The position numbers were made by a program, and so were the translations under genes. DNA of 64,000 bases, from positions 880,476-944,475 of the forward strand of contig RDEW01000008.1 of NCBI GenBank assembly GCA_011109175.1. Direction: 5' to 3'. Below are positions 47,715-61,068 of the stretch, piece after piece. The stretch is from Dicyema japonicum. Taxonomy: Eukaryota; Animalia; Dicyemida. The notes below the pieces were generated by a model. It saw only the letters and a program-made list of their open reading frames with translations. It ran no database searches and was not told the DNA's origin. Position 1 is the first letter of the stretch, and each line of letters opens with the position of its first letter.

Positions 47715-50640
47715 ATAATAATTATTATTATGGCACCTTCACGAAAGCCACAATTTTTATAATACGCATGTGCAACACTCAAAGAAACAATATTTATAGT
47801 TAGTTTTTTTCATCTTCCTCTGTCGAATGCGAGTGATTTCAATTTGTCCAGGTCGTCCCCCGTCTTTAGATTTTTTCTCACACGATTTAGGTCTTTGTTT
47901 AAGGCAGTCGGAAATGTCGATCTAGGTCGCCTGCGAAAGGGTTAGTCGCAACTGTCAAAGTAATCTTTTATTGTTTGTTAGCGGGTGCTTTTGGGTTCAT
48001 TCTTATTACATGCCTAAATAGCCTCTACCGGGAATCTATCACATCCTTGCTGATATAAGAACACATACACTTGTTGTAGATACCAGTGGTTGATATTCTA
48101 CGTGGACACTCCATTCCGAATAAGCTTCTTAGTTGCCTTCTATGGAACGAATCCAGTTTCAACAGTTCGTTGAAGTAACTACTCCACGTCTCAACGTTGT
48201 ACAGTAAGATCAGTTTCACAAACGTGTTGTAAAGCCTGCATCTAATGTCAATTCCAAGTCCTTTGGCTCTTAGCCATCCTTTCTTCAGTTTAGCCATCGC
48301 CGTATTTGACAGTGTTTTCCTCCTTAGTACATCTTCAACGTCTCGTAGTAGAGAGCCGAGCTTATTAGTACGTCTCCATCTTTCATGAGTAATATCGTCT
48401 TCTCATTTGATTTCCGTAATTTCAGTTTTTGTTAACATTTACGCTGAGAAACCATTTCTCAAGCTCCGCAGGTGCATTTTCTAGCAGGTGTTGGAGTGCG
48501 GTCACATCCCGTGATACAAAATCCACATCATCCGCATAAGATGTCTCTTCTATGTCTCCTATATAGCATTTACGGAGGTCGCGGAGTGCAGATTCAAGGT
48601 ATATGGTGAATAGTAAAGGGGAGAGGGAATCACCCTGGGGTGTCCCAATCGTTGTTTTGAAACTGCGGGAAGTTGCTCCTTCTGTCCTCACAGATAGTCT
48701 TGTGTTCGCAAGTAGTAGTCTGATTATCCTAACCGACGATTCATCCAATATTTGCTCAAGCACATTCATCAGTTTCTGTCTGTTTATTGAGTCGAAAGCT
48801 CTGGAGAGATCTATTCCCAACACGGTCGTTGCGCTCTTGAATCTTTGGTGCGTTGCGCAGCGCCATCTATGGCTCCATACAATGTCTGCCGTATACCTCC
48901 CTTCTCGGAACCCACTTTGACTCGCTGGTAGGTATAGATCCGCCACACCCTTTATCCGACTTAGTGCGATGTTTGCCAGCACCTTGCGTATCGAGTTCAG
49001 AAGTATTATCGGGCGGAGATTTTCTACTGGTCCTTTTGATTTGTTCGGTTTTTGTGTGGGTATTAATAATCCATTTCCAAGTCCTAGATCGGTATTAGTT
49101 TCAAAGACGTCATTTAGGGTTTTTGCAATTGTGTCGCTGAGTTTTTTGGCCATATTTTAGGAGCTCAAGGCTTATGTTTGTCCGGCACAGCACTCTTGTT
49201 GTTCTTCAGTTTATTTATCGCTAATTCCACCTCTTCCACTGTGATTGGGATTTTTAGCGCCTTTGCTTCTCCTTGGAAAGGGAGAAAGTCATTATTTTCT
49301 TTATTCAACAGTGTTTCGAAGTGTCGTGCAATCAATTCTGCTTTTTCTTCCGGTTTTTATATTTGCCTTTGATGTGAAGGGTGTGTGTTCTTTCTTTGTT
49401 CGCAGCAGCCGCAAAGCCGCATACATCATTGAATTGTCCTTCACGCATTCCACATATTTTAATAGGGATGTAATAATTTCCCGTGAGTGTTTTCTGTTCA
49501 TCTTTTTGATTTTCCATTTTAGTTCCCTTTGTTGGATATTAGGCTCTTTTTTTACTCTCGTCTGACGTGTTTGCCGCTTTTAGCCGTAGCTCTGCAATGC
49601 TTTGCCATATCTGGCACGCTCGGGTGGTTATCCTGTTCTTTACTTTTTACTCGGTGGTGATCCTGATTAGTTAAAATTAACTGTTCTTTACTTAAATAAA
49701 GTGTGTGTCCTGCCTATGCGGAGCTAATAACACGGCTCCGTGGTGAAGGCTGTTATTATTATTTAGCTCTACAAGTGGGCTCTAACCAAGTTTTCTGTCT
49801 GAAAGTATATATTGGGCCATTGTCTCGACTTCTTCGCGTTTTCAATGTATTTTTTCCCAGTCAGGTGCTTTTTACAGAAAGATTGCAATGACGATCCTGT
49901 GGTCGCTGTCAGTTGTTGTCCCCTGGTAGCAACGTGCATCATTTAGCAGGTGTTTGTCAGACTTTCGGCAGATAATGCAGTCGATTTGATTATGTAAATT
50001 CACGGTCTCCCCGATAGAGTTTTTTCTTTGTCCGTGCAAAGTCGTTTTGTAGCAAGCTGAGTGCGTGAATGCTATATTGCACAGGAAAAGGCTATTTGCC
50101 TAGCAGAGGTTCACCAGAGAGGCTCCATATGTATTTCTCCCTCCGCGCCCGTGTCTTCCAATAGAGAATTCTTCGGGCCCATTCGCATTCCGGCCTTTGC
50201 AATCATATCTCCCGCAACAAAGAAAAGGGACGAGGAAGCATTATTAGAGTATGTGCTTTATAGTTCTGAGTAGAATTCCTCGAGCTCACCAGGGTTCTTG
50301 ATTATTCTTCTACAGTGTGTTGCATAGACATTTATGACAGTTAATAGACTCTTCTTGGACGGTCATAGTTCATTGACTTGTAGGACGCATATTAGATCGT
50401 TGACTCTCCAATAGCGATGTAGTTTTTTGAGGTAATTTACGTGTAGGGAAAATCCCATGACGTATTGCTTTCATTCAGCTGGGAAGAGAGTTAGTCGGTA
50501 ATTGTTCCATGTCTCATCGCGTCCATTTTCAATATTCTTATAGACAGCCAATAGATATTATGTATTTCTCGAGATCGTCACAAAGTACTATCCTTGTCTA
50601 ATCTTTCGATATTCCACGTACGTTGAACGTCATTAGCCGG
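47715..50640 (-). mobile_element. Near full-length RTE-clade LINE (APE endonuclease plus RT), decayed
   Basis: APE: TFNVRG, VINVYA, AGD..AK, NQIDCII, SDH. RT: LRPIILL, QSGFR, DLSRAFDS, GTPQGDSLSPLLF, YADDVDF. Ends in a (TAA)n tail at 47715-47730. Confidence 0.92.
49665..49764 (+). mobile_element. SINE-A 3' tail inserted antisense into the RTE LINE
   Basis: GATTAGTTAAAATTAACTGTTCTTTACTTAAATAAAGTGTGTGTCCTGCCTATGCGGAGCTAA...TTATTATTATTT; LINE coding continues on both sides. Confidence 0.85.
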
Positions 50641-50851
50641 GTTTTCGATTGTATAGTGAGTGTTTTCCAGACATTTTTTAACCGTTGTACAGAGAAGAAA
50701 CAAGGCACTTCACCACCTAACCAGATAATTGTTCAACACTATTTTGAAAACGTTCCTCTTCCTGAATATTTCTGTCTACCGTGGGCTCTTTTCTATCATT
50801 CGATCTTTTGGATTCGCTGATTCACTTACTGTCCATGTTTGGAACTCACTG

Positions 50852-51496
50852 TCAACAGAGGACACTGGTGGTCCATCCGTCTTCATTCCAATATCCGGAT
50901 CGTATTCCTAGGATTGATCGGATTCCATCCTGTTCGAGTTTGCTTGGTCGAATCGTTATTGTCACCTTCATCCTGGCAACACTACATCCTTCAACAACAC
51001 TTTCAATGCGAGGTTTACTTTGAAGTAAAAATTTATCCATCTTGAGTTTATTAGCTGCTTTTCCATAAGACAAACCTAGCTGACTTACTAATTTATGCAA
51101 TTTTACTGTTCTTAAGTAAATTTTTTAATATAATTTCAGGTGTCAACTTAGTTCGTGTTTGTTTTTGTCCAATATCCCCAAAAGGCAACTTTGCATTAAG
51201 ATCCTTTTCAAATAAGCTAGTGTATTCTGGGTTGTTAAAGCATAATACAGAGTCACCGTAAACGTCGGGTCACTCTGGCCACAGCCGCGGAATCCAAGCC
51301 AGGGATTATATTTGAACCTTGTTTTTTCCAAGGGATTTATCTGAACATTAAACACAACTGAGACGTTTTCATTACTATTATTTGAGTTTTTCATCATTTC
51401 ACAATTATTATTTGAATTTTTTATCAACGAAAAGTGTAGTAACAGTATAGCAACAGTAAAAAGACCGAACGAGACTGCTATTCTCATAATCATCAT
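50852..51496 (-). CDS. Orphan predicted signal-anchor/type II membrane protein (~200 aa)
   Basis: N-terminal hydrophobic IAVSFGLFTVAILLLHFSLI and an Asn-rich stem. The 42-nt GT-AG intron 51106-51147 joins two long ORFs in frame. Confidence 0.45.
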
Positions 51497-52029
51497 CAGA
51501 AAATTGCCAATTTCATCACATGGAAAAAACTCTAACAAACATTCGTTGAATACCTGCTAGTCGTTTGAGACAAGTTATCTTCCATTCACATTGCTCTCAT
51601 GGAATTTTTCTTTTTCAAAAACAGACATTTAAAGATTAGTTCGGTCGTCCGGATCATTAAGGAATATGTCCATACCTCCACGGTTCCTGATCGTTACAAA
51701 GAATAAGAGTAAGGAGAGAATCCACTAATGGTATCCACATTTGGTTCCGAATAAAAGTATCACACCAATGCATCTATTGTCATCAAATAATGTATATAAT
51801 CACTTCAACGGTTGACCTAATTTTACTGTCAAATAGAAATATGACCTAATTATACGGTAGGGGAATCGTAGTTACTTTTAACAGACATTTTCAGAGCTAT
51901 CTCCAATGATTCAATCTTCCAATAACCACCCCCAGATAATGCGGTCTGTTAGACATCTCCACTTTTTTACAAGATTACGATTTTCGGAAACTTTGTTATT
52001 CATTACCGTCGCCTAATGCTATTTTAGCA

Positions 52030-52330
52030 TGTTTTAGATCGATGTTCTTGTGATAATTTTATCCAGATGCTTCGATAGCAAGCTGAGCAAAAGTTTCGTT
52101 TTTATCACGATTGAATAGTGAATACGTAGAGTCCTTAGCTGTTTACTTTGGAAAGCATTTAGGTTATCTACACATGTCCGAGTGAGTTCCCACGTTCCCG
52201 ATGTTGAGCAGTATAGAAAGGACGACATTATTGTCTACTGAAAACATTGATGTCCTCGAAAACAAAATCAGGTCATCCGCATTTCTTAATTCCTAGATAG
52301 AAATAGGACAATTTTTATCTCTTGGAAAAC
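52030..52330 (-). mobile_element. RTE-like LINE remnant
   Basis: NADDLILF and FLYCSTSGTWELT..DNLNAFQSKQLR. Confidence 0.55.
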
Positions 52331-53699
52331 AAGTGTAGCTTCCAAATAAACAAGCTTCTTGAGTGTCAATGTGCGCTTTAAATTTGCAATGCGCTCTGAG
52401 ACAACACAGACTTCGAATTCCGTGTTTGTAAATATAACTCGTATAATCCTTAAACTGTCCTTGTATAGCAACATTTATAGTCTTTCTTCAGAATTCACTT
52501 AAAAATAAAATTTTAAACATTTTGGAAAAGATACTAGAAATTTTGGCAAAGTTATCAAACTTCAAGGTAAAGTTATTACACAAATCTGAAAACCCTGTAT
52601 TTTAAGTGAATTTTATTAAATTATTTTTTAATTTTATTTATTAATTAAATAGTTTATTTAATAAATTTATTATTAATTATAACGACAATAATTTATGTAA
52701 TAATTTTAATTTCTTGTGGTTACTAGTATATTCATCATTTTGGTATTTAATCCTATAGATGTTCAATTTCATCATCTTATTCTTTCATTCTGCATTTTGA
52801 CACAGAAAAATTGTAAAACTAGAATTGATAAGTGGAAAAATTGTATAAAAATTAATTATTAAGATATTTGATTAATTGTACTTTTCTGACCTACGCTTTC
52901 ATTCTATATACGGCAATGTATATTCAAAACATTATATTTGAACATGGTGTCTTTTCTATTAGAGAACTGAATCTGCGTGTTTTGTATTAAATATTATTTA
53001 ATATAGTACTGTATGGTAGATGAAAGTTTAAAATATGTAGACAATCTTACTTTTCCTCCTACCATTAGGCCTTGTTATATATATTATTAAATTAATAGGT
53101 ATTTTCAAGAATGCAATTCCCTCATATACATCTCAATCGATTTCGCTAAACATTTAGAATCACTTAAGATATGTTCATTTTTTAATTTATGTAGTTTCTT
53201 TCCAAACAGAATAAAGTTATTCAAGCATTTAGTGTCAGAAATGTAATTAAATAAGTATTTTTTATAATAATAATAATATAGTGTCATCGTATGCAGCGAT
53301 TCATTCGATATTGCAGTGGCGTATGATATTATATTTATCATAGACATAAACAATACCTGGTAAATACATAATTCTCAAAATGATAAATGTATATATTCGA
53401 AAGTAATATATTTAGAGTACAGCATGACGACATCTGAAACATGTAATTATAATGTTATTTCAGACTGCAGTGCCATTGCAAACAAGTACAATGTATTAGG
53501 CTTTTGTGGAGTTACTAACATGTTACTAACTTAATCGGTTTTTTTGGGTAAATAAATTGTGTTAATTAATTCAAATTTATTATGATTTAAATAATATCCT
53601 GGTTGGCGAACTGAATCACACATCTCTACTCTTGACTCGGAATGATTATTTTCATTTAAAAAACGATGAGGAATTGAATCGAATAAGATTACGAATTAA

Positions 53700-54500
53700 G
53701 TCGCGGTAGAAAATAGACGTTCCCCAACAGCAACTGCTCAAACCTTCCATAAAACGTCAACGGAATTGTACCCCGTCAATATATTACACTTCGATTTCTT
53801 TTTTCATCTCATTGACCAACAAAATGTCGATCTTGGAGGCCCTAGAAAGTAGTGCTAGTTTATCTTTTCCTTAGGGATCGGGCATTCACTAGCACTATTT
53901 TTAGTCCTGTTTCAACTTTTTGGTGACCTTACTTCTTCAAAACCAAGCTTACTATCCCATTAAATACATCTGTGTAATCGCGCACAGATTGTTAAGCTGT
54001 GACATAATCTTTGATATTTCGGTATAAACCTTCTTTGATAGACTGGGTGGGACTTCATTCGATTTTCAACTATTTTTTGGTGCCGTCTTTGACGTAACTG
54101 TCTTTGCCGTTCACGTTCTTCCAATATCGTCTATTATCACCTGTCCATAGTTTTACGTTAATCTCTTGTTATCAGACTTTTTGGTGGCTAGACATCCACC
54201 ATATCTGGCACAATTTGAGGACGATTCACAATTTATGCAATTCATTGTGTTCCCGGGAGTCTCTCCACACGCAGTCAGGTCGTGTTCCCCTGCGCAACTG
54301 TGACATCTCTTTATAAAGGAGGATTTGTGTCCATAGCGTTTGCAGTTGAAACACCTCAGTGGGCCTCTTCTGTACTATTCGCTTGTTTTGGTACGTGAGA
54401 ATGTTGAAACCATGTCGGACGATCGAAGTAGTTTCCGCCTTTGATCCAACTAGAACCTTTACAAGAGGGAGTCTCTATCTGCTTTGTAGAAACGGCATAA
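53700..54500 (-). mobile_element. Possible Gypsy-like pol remnant
   Basis: Weak RT/RNase H-like fragments (FIPKYQRL...); heavily decayed. Confidence 0.3.
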
Positions 54501-56084
54501 GCTGGTGGTAGAGGGGGCTAATTCCTTTACAAATTCATGAAGGCATAAAGGCAGGTTGTTCAACACAATTTCGAAAGATCTAATCGGATTTAACTAAATC
54601 AATGGTTTCCAAGAACATTAGGAGAAGTAGCATTTACATGTTCATAAAAATTCCTTTGTCCCCCCTTTCTGAATTCAAGGCGGAAGATCCGGAGTTTCAC
54701 ACCTGGTTGAGGAGTGACTGAACCACCGCCACAGCCCTGGAGAGAGATTTGCCCTTTGCAGTGATAATCAGGTCATCCGCATAATATAACTACATAGTGT
54801 CCTGATTATTGATGGTAGGTAAATGGTTTAGAAATTAGTTAAATAAAAGAGGAGACAGAGGGGAGCCTTGCGGGACCCCATTGGGGAGTAGTCTTGATTT
54901 TTAAATGGAAGATTTGAAAAATTCGGAATTTGAAGACTGATTGGTTGTTGTTGCTTCTAAAAGGAAAAACAACGATTTCTGTTGAAGGAAATGAAAGGGG
55001 ACAATATCTTCTATTCTTTACTATCCATTGGAGACAACCAGGAGATCGAATAATACTACCAACTCTCAACGTGTCTACATTGTATCTAATAGACACAGAA
55101 TTGAAAAGGTAAAGATTTCCAAAAAATTGATTTTTGAGAAGGTAGGTTTCTTATTCTCAATAAATGTCACTGTCTGATGCAGCATGAATCTACGACAGCT
55201 TTAAAAAGCTGACAGAAACACTTTACATCCAATTCTTTGGCATTCATAAGAAATCTAAATGAAAATCGAGGATGCATCAATTACCGTCTTCGTTGTAAAC
55301 CTATTTAATTCTCCAATAAGGATCGATTCACATAAGAATGCTAACCATCCAATAAGCCTTCTTATATTGAACTCAACGTCCCTACCTCCGATGGACTCGA
55401 CTCCTTCACTTCCGGTATTTCAATGCTCACAGAATGCTTGGAGAATACGCTACCATAAGTTCCTCGAAACCAGTGCTGTCTTCTGAGTTGAATCTGAGTT
55501 TTCCAAAGGGTTCTATTCTTTAATAATTAGAAAATTCTCAACGATACCGTAAAACCAAAAATCTGAAGATATCATTTCTCCAATAGTATTTTTTGTACAT
55601 CTAAAAAAACGGAGGTTACAAACCAGCGTAATTTTCCCAGTTTGTTTGCTTTCGCAATGAAAGAATTTTTGAACTCAGAATATTTCAGTGTATTCCAAAG
55701 TGAAGGATTGTGTTGTTTTTTTTCCAAAAGAGTTTGGGGAGGTGAAGATGGAAATTCGAGGTTCGAAATTGAAATTGTTGCCACAAGTTGCTCGTTTCCC
55801 AGCGACATCAGTTGAAACACATGAACATGCCGAGATGATCTTTTCCCTCAAATCGTTTCTAGGAATTTGAAAAAGGGGTTTAAGTTTTGGGAAAAAATTC
55901 AATTTTATGCTTGAAAACTTGAAGGTTTGTTGGTGGTTGGAAATAACGTGCTAACGTAGAAATGCAAATGAATTGAATGGTGATAATTCTAAGCCATTTT
56001 ACATCTTACATGTTAGAAAATCATTTCTACAACAAAATTCTTCCAAAATCGAGGACTTAGCTTTACGCCATTATGATTCGTGAC

Positions 56085-56420
56085 GATTCAAAACTTCCCT
56101 TTATGAACGTCTCGACCTGGGAGGTCCTGTGCGGATTGATCTTCCAGCTATATTCGTAAATATTAGATGAAAATTGCAGACTTTCCCAAGCTCCTCACTG
56201 TTTTATTTAAAAATAATTTCCCATTAATAAAAATATCCCTTTTTCCTTTTAATGGGATCCTGACACTCTTTTTTCCTTCATAGAATATCAGTCTTGTCAT
56301 GTTTGACACCAATTGACTCTCAGCCAATTGGCTAATTTCGTTTGTTAATTGTATATAATAATTTCAATTATATAAATTAATAATTAATTAGTCTGATCAT
56401 TAGGGCGATTTTTGTCAAGT
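56085..56420. repeat. Unclassified repeat family F, copy 1 (copy 2 at about 57680-58040)
   Basis: AAAAAT...CCTTTTAATG.GATCCTGA...GCCAATTGG...AATTAGTCTGATCATT is shared directly. The module GACCTGGGAGGTCCTGT.CGGATTG is shared in inverted orientation. Confidence 0.65.
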
Positions 56421-56479
56421 CAAAAATTCATATGTTCTTTAAAATTACTTAAACGTCTCGGAGTCGATCTGTGGCATCC

Positions 56480-56960
56480 GCATCCGGATCTGTTGTTCTT
56501 GCAAATGGCTTCATCTTCTCATTTGTCGGCGCAGCAGTGGCCGGTACCCCAGGAATGCGCCTTAAGGGGGTCATGAAGCGTTCCTTGAGGCGGCTAGATT
56601 CCTGTCATCTCTGGAACGGGTCGGCCTGGATCTTGGTGATAGAAAGAGCCCGACTGAATCACTTTCTTCACCTTCTCTAGGGGAAATACCTGATTTGGAA
56701 TGAGCCGTGTACAGACACTTTCTCTCAGTCAAGACTTTCAGATTCCCCGTTAAAAGCTAGGGAGGCTGCACGAACATTCGAGAATTCCAAAATAAAAAAA
56801 TACGACAGCTTATCCAGATTCTATGTAAAGCCCGTTGTTGTCGAGAAGAGCGGAGTCTTCGGTTCCAAAACGGTCTCCTTTCTAAGATCGCTTGGGTCTA
56901 TGATATCAAAGGTGAGTAACGAGCCTTGGGAAACCGAAAGGTTTCTTAGATCCCTACTTG
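56480..56960 (+). mobile_element. CRE-clade 3' fragment (distinct subfamily)
   Basis: SCRRSSGRYP..., GKYLIWNEPCTDTF, KIKKYDSL..YVKPVVVEKSGVFG. Confidence 0.65.
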
Positions 56961-58419
56961 TGACTTAGACACTATACCTCCCTCTTTATTATTTCCTAAT
57001 GGTTTTACAAAAGTCCTAATTTTTTCATTTCATTTGAAGCCATCGATCTGTTCCTCCACTATGCAGCAAATAGGTTTAATCAGTTTCTCCATTTGTCATC
57101 AGCTTATCTCCAATTTGTTGACGACGATATTTATTGTCGCTTTTTTTTTTTTCAAGGAGGACAAAGAACCTCCCTCGCTCCATAAGGCAAAATAGTTTCA
57201 CTCCACAAAAATGAAGAGGAAGCTATCCCTCCTCAGGTGAAGCATTGAGCACAACTTGAAAAGCATTATTTCTCCTTGCTTTGATATATTTTATATAATC
57301 CCCCCGTGTCCAACCTAGTAGATCCCATGTTGACTAGAAGCGTGTAATCCTGCCTCAAGTATGTCTTAAAGCAGTTGATTTTCAAAACAAAGGATTTCTT
57401 AGCAGAGATCATCAAACCTTTAAGCTGCGCCATTTTTCAATAAGGGCCACATAGTCTGTAAGCATTTTTAAGAAAAATTTACTTATGGAACAAGAATCAC
57501 TCTTATGGAACCCAATAGCATCAGATATGATTCCCCCTTCTTCAAAAAAGACTATCGCTCACACAGAAAATTATTTACTTGGACAAATAGATTGCGCGGT
57601 ACTCTCACAGACACAAATACGAGCCAACCACTATCAAAAGCCATGGAAATAGCCAGGCACATCACTTTTAACTGACTTCACGTGTCACTGGCTTTCATAA
57701 TCTTAGAATATAGCTGGAAGAGACAATCCGTACAGGACCTCCCAGGTCGCAAATTTCATTCCTCCACGTGTTTAATATCCTCTTGCACGCAATTCACTGT
57801 ATAGCGTTAAATTTAAGACTGAAAGAAGATCGCACTCATTCGCAAACGCCTCTATGCATATCTTATAATTTATGAGTAATATAAAAATCGCTTTTTCCTT
57901 TTAATGTGATCCTGAAGCCCTTTCCTTTATTGGACATCAGTCTTATCACAGAACGCCACCAGTTGACTCGAGCCAATTGGATAGTTTAAGTGTTAATTGT
58001 ATAAATATATAAATCGATAATTAATTAGTCTGATCATTTTAAAAAATTAAATAAATATTATTTCATAATTGTTTATTTAATAATTTCATAAAATAGTCTT
58101 CCCACGTGGCAGCTAGCTCTCCACAACCTGTTGTGGAAAATCCCATGTTCCACAATTATAAATTAGGATCGCTACGATAAATCATTTGTTCAGTGATTCT
58201 CCAACGGACTACATATTCCATATCCACCAAGATCGATCCTACTATCTTAGTCTTCTCTCAGGTTCTTTGAGCATCGAGATTACTTATTTGATTTCATTTC
58301 CTGGGATACTTAATGTGGATCTCAATACGTCTAAAGGAAATTATACGTGGAGAACATCTGGACAACTTGAAGATATTGCAGACAAGCGTGTTAAGTGTAC
58401 CGCTTAGTTAATTTTTTTG

Positions 58420-58880
58420 TATGATTTCACTCACAAATCTCTCATATACTTATTAACTTATTAGTTTATCCAGAAACTGCCTAGTTCCCTTTGTTCACTA
58501 AAAGCTTCCACACTAAGGAATAAATAACATAGAGGTTACTCCACCAATTCATCACAACCACTACAAAGCTGATGAACCACACAGGCCTATACAGACTGTG
58601 TAGGCACTCGATAGGGTAAGAATGATCAACTGAATCATAAGTCTTCTTCACATCTAACCACATTGATAAAAGTGAGTTTCCATGATATCACGGAAAAGCA
58701 CTTGTTGATAAAGGCCCGCTCTTTTACTCCCTGACAATTTTGCACAGTGCTCAACTGATTCTCGGATAAAATTCGATTAGCCTCTATACATCTCCCGAAC
58801 TCATTAGCCACCAATTCGGTCATCAGCTTATACAGAGTTGGCATGCAGGTTATCGGTCGACAATCTACAGCAGACTAGGA
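58420..58880 (-). mobile_element. R4/Dong-like RT N-terminal fragment
   Basis: MPTLYKLMT, LSENQL..VQNCQGVKE, WLDVKKTYDSVDH. Confidence 0.75.
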
Positions 58881-59259
58881 GTTGTTTAACTTTGGATCAA
58901 ATACGTTGTCCCATCAAGAATTGTTTCCTGGTTAGTGATACTTTTCTGTACTTTCTGTATTACATGGCACATGTCAGTTGAGGAAGCCTGCTGCGTGGAT
59001 TGCGAACGAGTTCCCTCGGAGTATGGCCATTCCAATCTTTAGTCTTAGCCATAGCCTTTCTCGTTGATCCCTTTTCTTTCTGGCAAGCAATCCTCCGAGT
59101 TCTCGCAAGAACTCAGCCGTCATTAGACCAACGGCTCCCGATGATTCGGTCGCAACAGGAGTAAATCGGTAGCGATCCCCGAGGCAAGAATATTTCTTGA
59201 TTTTTAGGTTCTCCGAAGTCGAAGCAGCTGCTCCAGGTGTCTGAACCGATTTGAAAATA

Positions 59260-60662
59260 CAGTAGGACCCCGCCCCAATAGAAAATTGCCCAAATATAGA
59301 GGGTGCCCCAAATATAGAGAGTATACTAAATTATTACATTTTTAACCTTTCTATTCGTATTTTTAAATAATTATTTTTACAATACAATGTTTTGCTTCAT
59401 ATTGCGAAAAAGGAATCAATTTATTTATGAAAAATAATCAGTTATTTTGTTCCCAATGGAATATTTGTTTCTTAGCATTTTTGAAATTTTAATCCTAAAT
59501 TCATAGTATTCTTTAAGCCCTTCAGGACAAATGTTAAATAATGAAGATTCAAGATTATTCATAATTTTTATTGTATCTTTTAAATATAGCCCATCCATCT
59601 CATTATTTCCATTATACGAAGCCTCATTGTCTTCTATTCCATTTATTTCAAGTTCTGTTAAATATGTTCATCAATTAATTCGGATTCTTTTTTTGAATTT
59701 GTTTCATGGACAAATGTTCTTTGCTCATTTATCTTTTTCCAACAATTCAATATTGTAGTTTTTGTTACACGAGTCCATGCTTCTCCCACAAATGCGACTA
59801 CTTGTCTCATATTGATCTTCAACAGGGCATCATGCTTCTCCACAAATGCGACTACTTGTCTCATATTGATCTTCAACAGGGCATCATAGTATTCATTAGC
59901 ATCGTCAAGACATATCATTTCATAAAGAACATTCTTATAACATGATTTGAATGAGTTTATGATCCCCATATCTAAAGGTTGAAGAAGTGCTGTTGTGTTT
60001 TTAGGAAGTTTAAGAAATGATAAGTTTGAATATTCCTGACATTTGTGACAACGTGCATTATCCATAATAATCAAAATTTTCCTGTTTTTTGAACCATTTC
60101 CAAGTTTATTTTTTGTAGCCATGTATCAAAAATATCCATCGCATAAAAGAACTGAAACTCGTTCTTTACTTTTCGTTTTACCAAAACAATCATCATTTGA
60201 AGAAACAAATGATCTACATGAATTTTTTTTAATAAAAAGAGCAGTTTCGTCGCAGTTAAAAAAATCTTTTTTTATCGTATTCCTCAAATAAACTGTCGTA
60301 ATTGTATAAAAAACTCTTTAAGTTTTTTTTGTCGGATAAGTTTTTTTCACCCGAAATTACTTTGAATAGTAATTCATGTCGCTTTTTAAATCGATCAAAC
60401 CATCCATTTTTAATCGACCAAGCTTCGCAGGCATGCTGACAATTATTTGAAAATTAATAAATTAAAGATAAAAATTAAATAATAGATTTTTAAATTTTCT
60501 ATAGAGAAAGTGCCCCCAAAAGCGGGGTTTTTATTTTGAATTTATTGAACGAAAAATGTGAAAAAATGTAAAAGATCATTTATAATTATATTTATTTAAA
60601 AAATCGCCCCAAATACAGAGGGTGCCCCAGGGCCGGGGTTTGATTGGGGCGGGGTCCTACTG
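59260..60662 (-). mobile_element. pogo/Tigger-type DNA transposon, internally deleted
   Basis: Perfect 20-bp TIR CAGTAGGACCCCGCCCCAAT with TA on both sides. Motifs GWFDRFKKRH, FNCDETALF, KSKERVSVLLC, IMDNARCH and LQPLDMGII. Confidence 0.93.
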
Positions 60663-61068
60663 TATTGAGAACGTGTCTACACAAGTTGCGTATTAATTAA
60701 AAAAAATTATTTATTAATTTTTTTAATTAATTGTAAAACAATTTTAAAAATTAACATAATAATAATAAAAATTAACACTTAGATATTTCGTAGTTGTTAT
60801 CTGTTGACATTTTCAATATTGAAGTATTATTGTTTTAATCTAAGATATATATTATATACAATTTCTCTTTATTATTGGGGAGGGTGAATAGGGCAGGAAG
60901 GCTGTTAGCAAAATGTTCTCGAATAATATTTTTCTAATCTCTTATGTTTGTATCTATTACGCTATGACCTATCAATATATAATGTGTGATTCAATATTGA
61001 AAATTTTTATATTTATTTGATATATTTGAATTATATACTTATGTTTATTTTCTGTTCTTCATATACAA

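Noticed and set aside
50689-50697. ACAGAGAAG box as in U6 snRNA
   Set aside because: No downstream ATTAGC/AGC triad or U6 internal stem-loop.
54826-55900. Possible host gene (coding-like composition, short ORFs, 18-nt GT-AG candidate)
   Set aside because: I could not assemble a consistent frame without several arbitrary corrections, and no recognisable motif was found.
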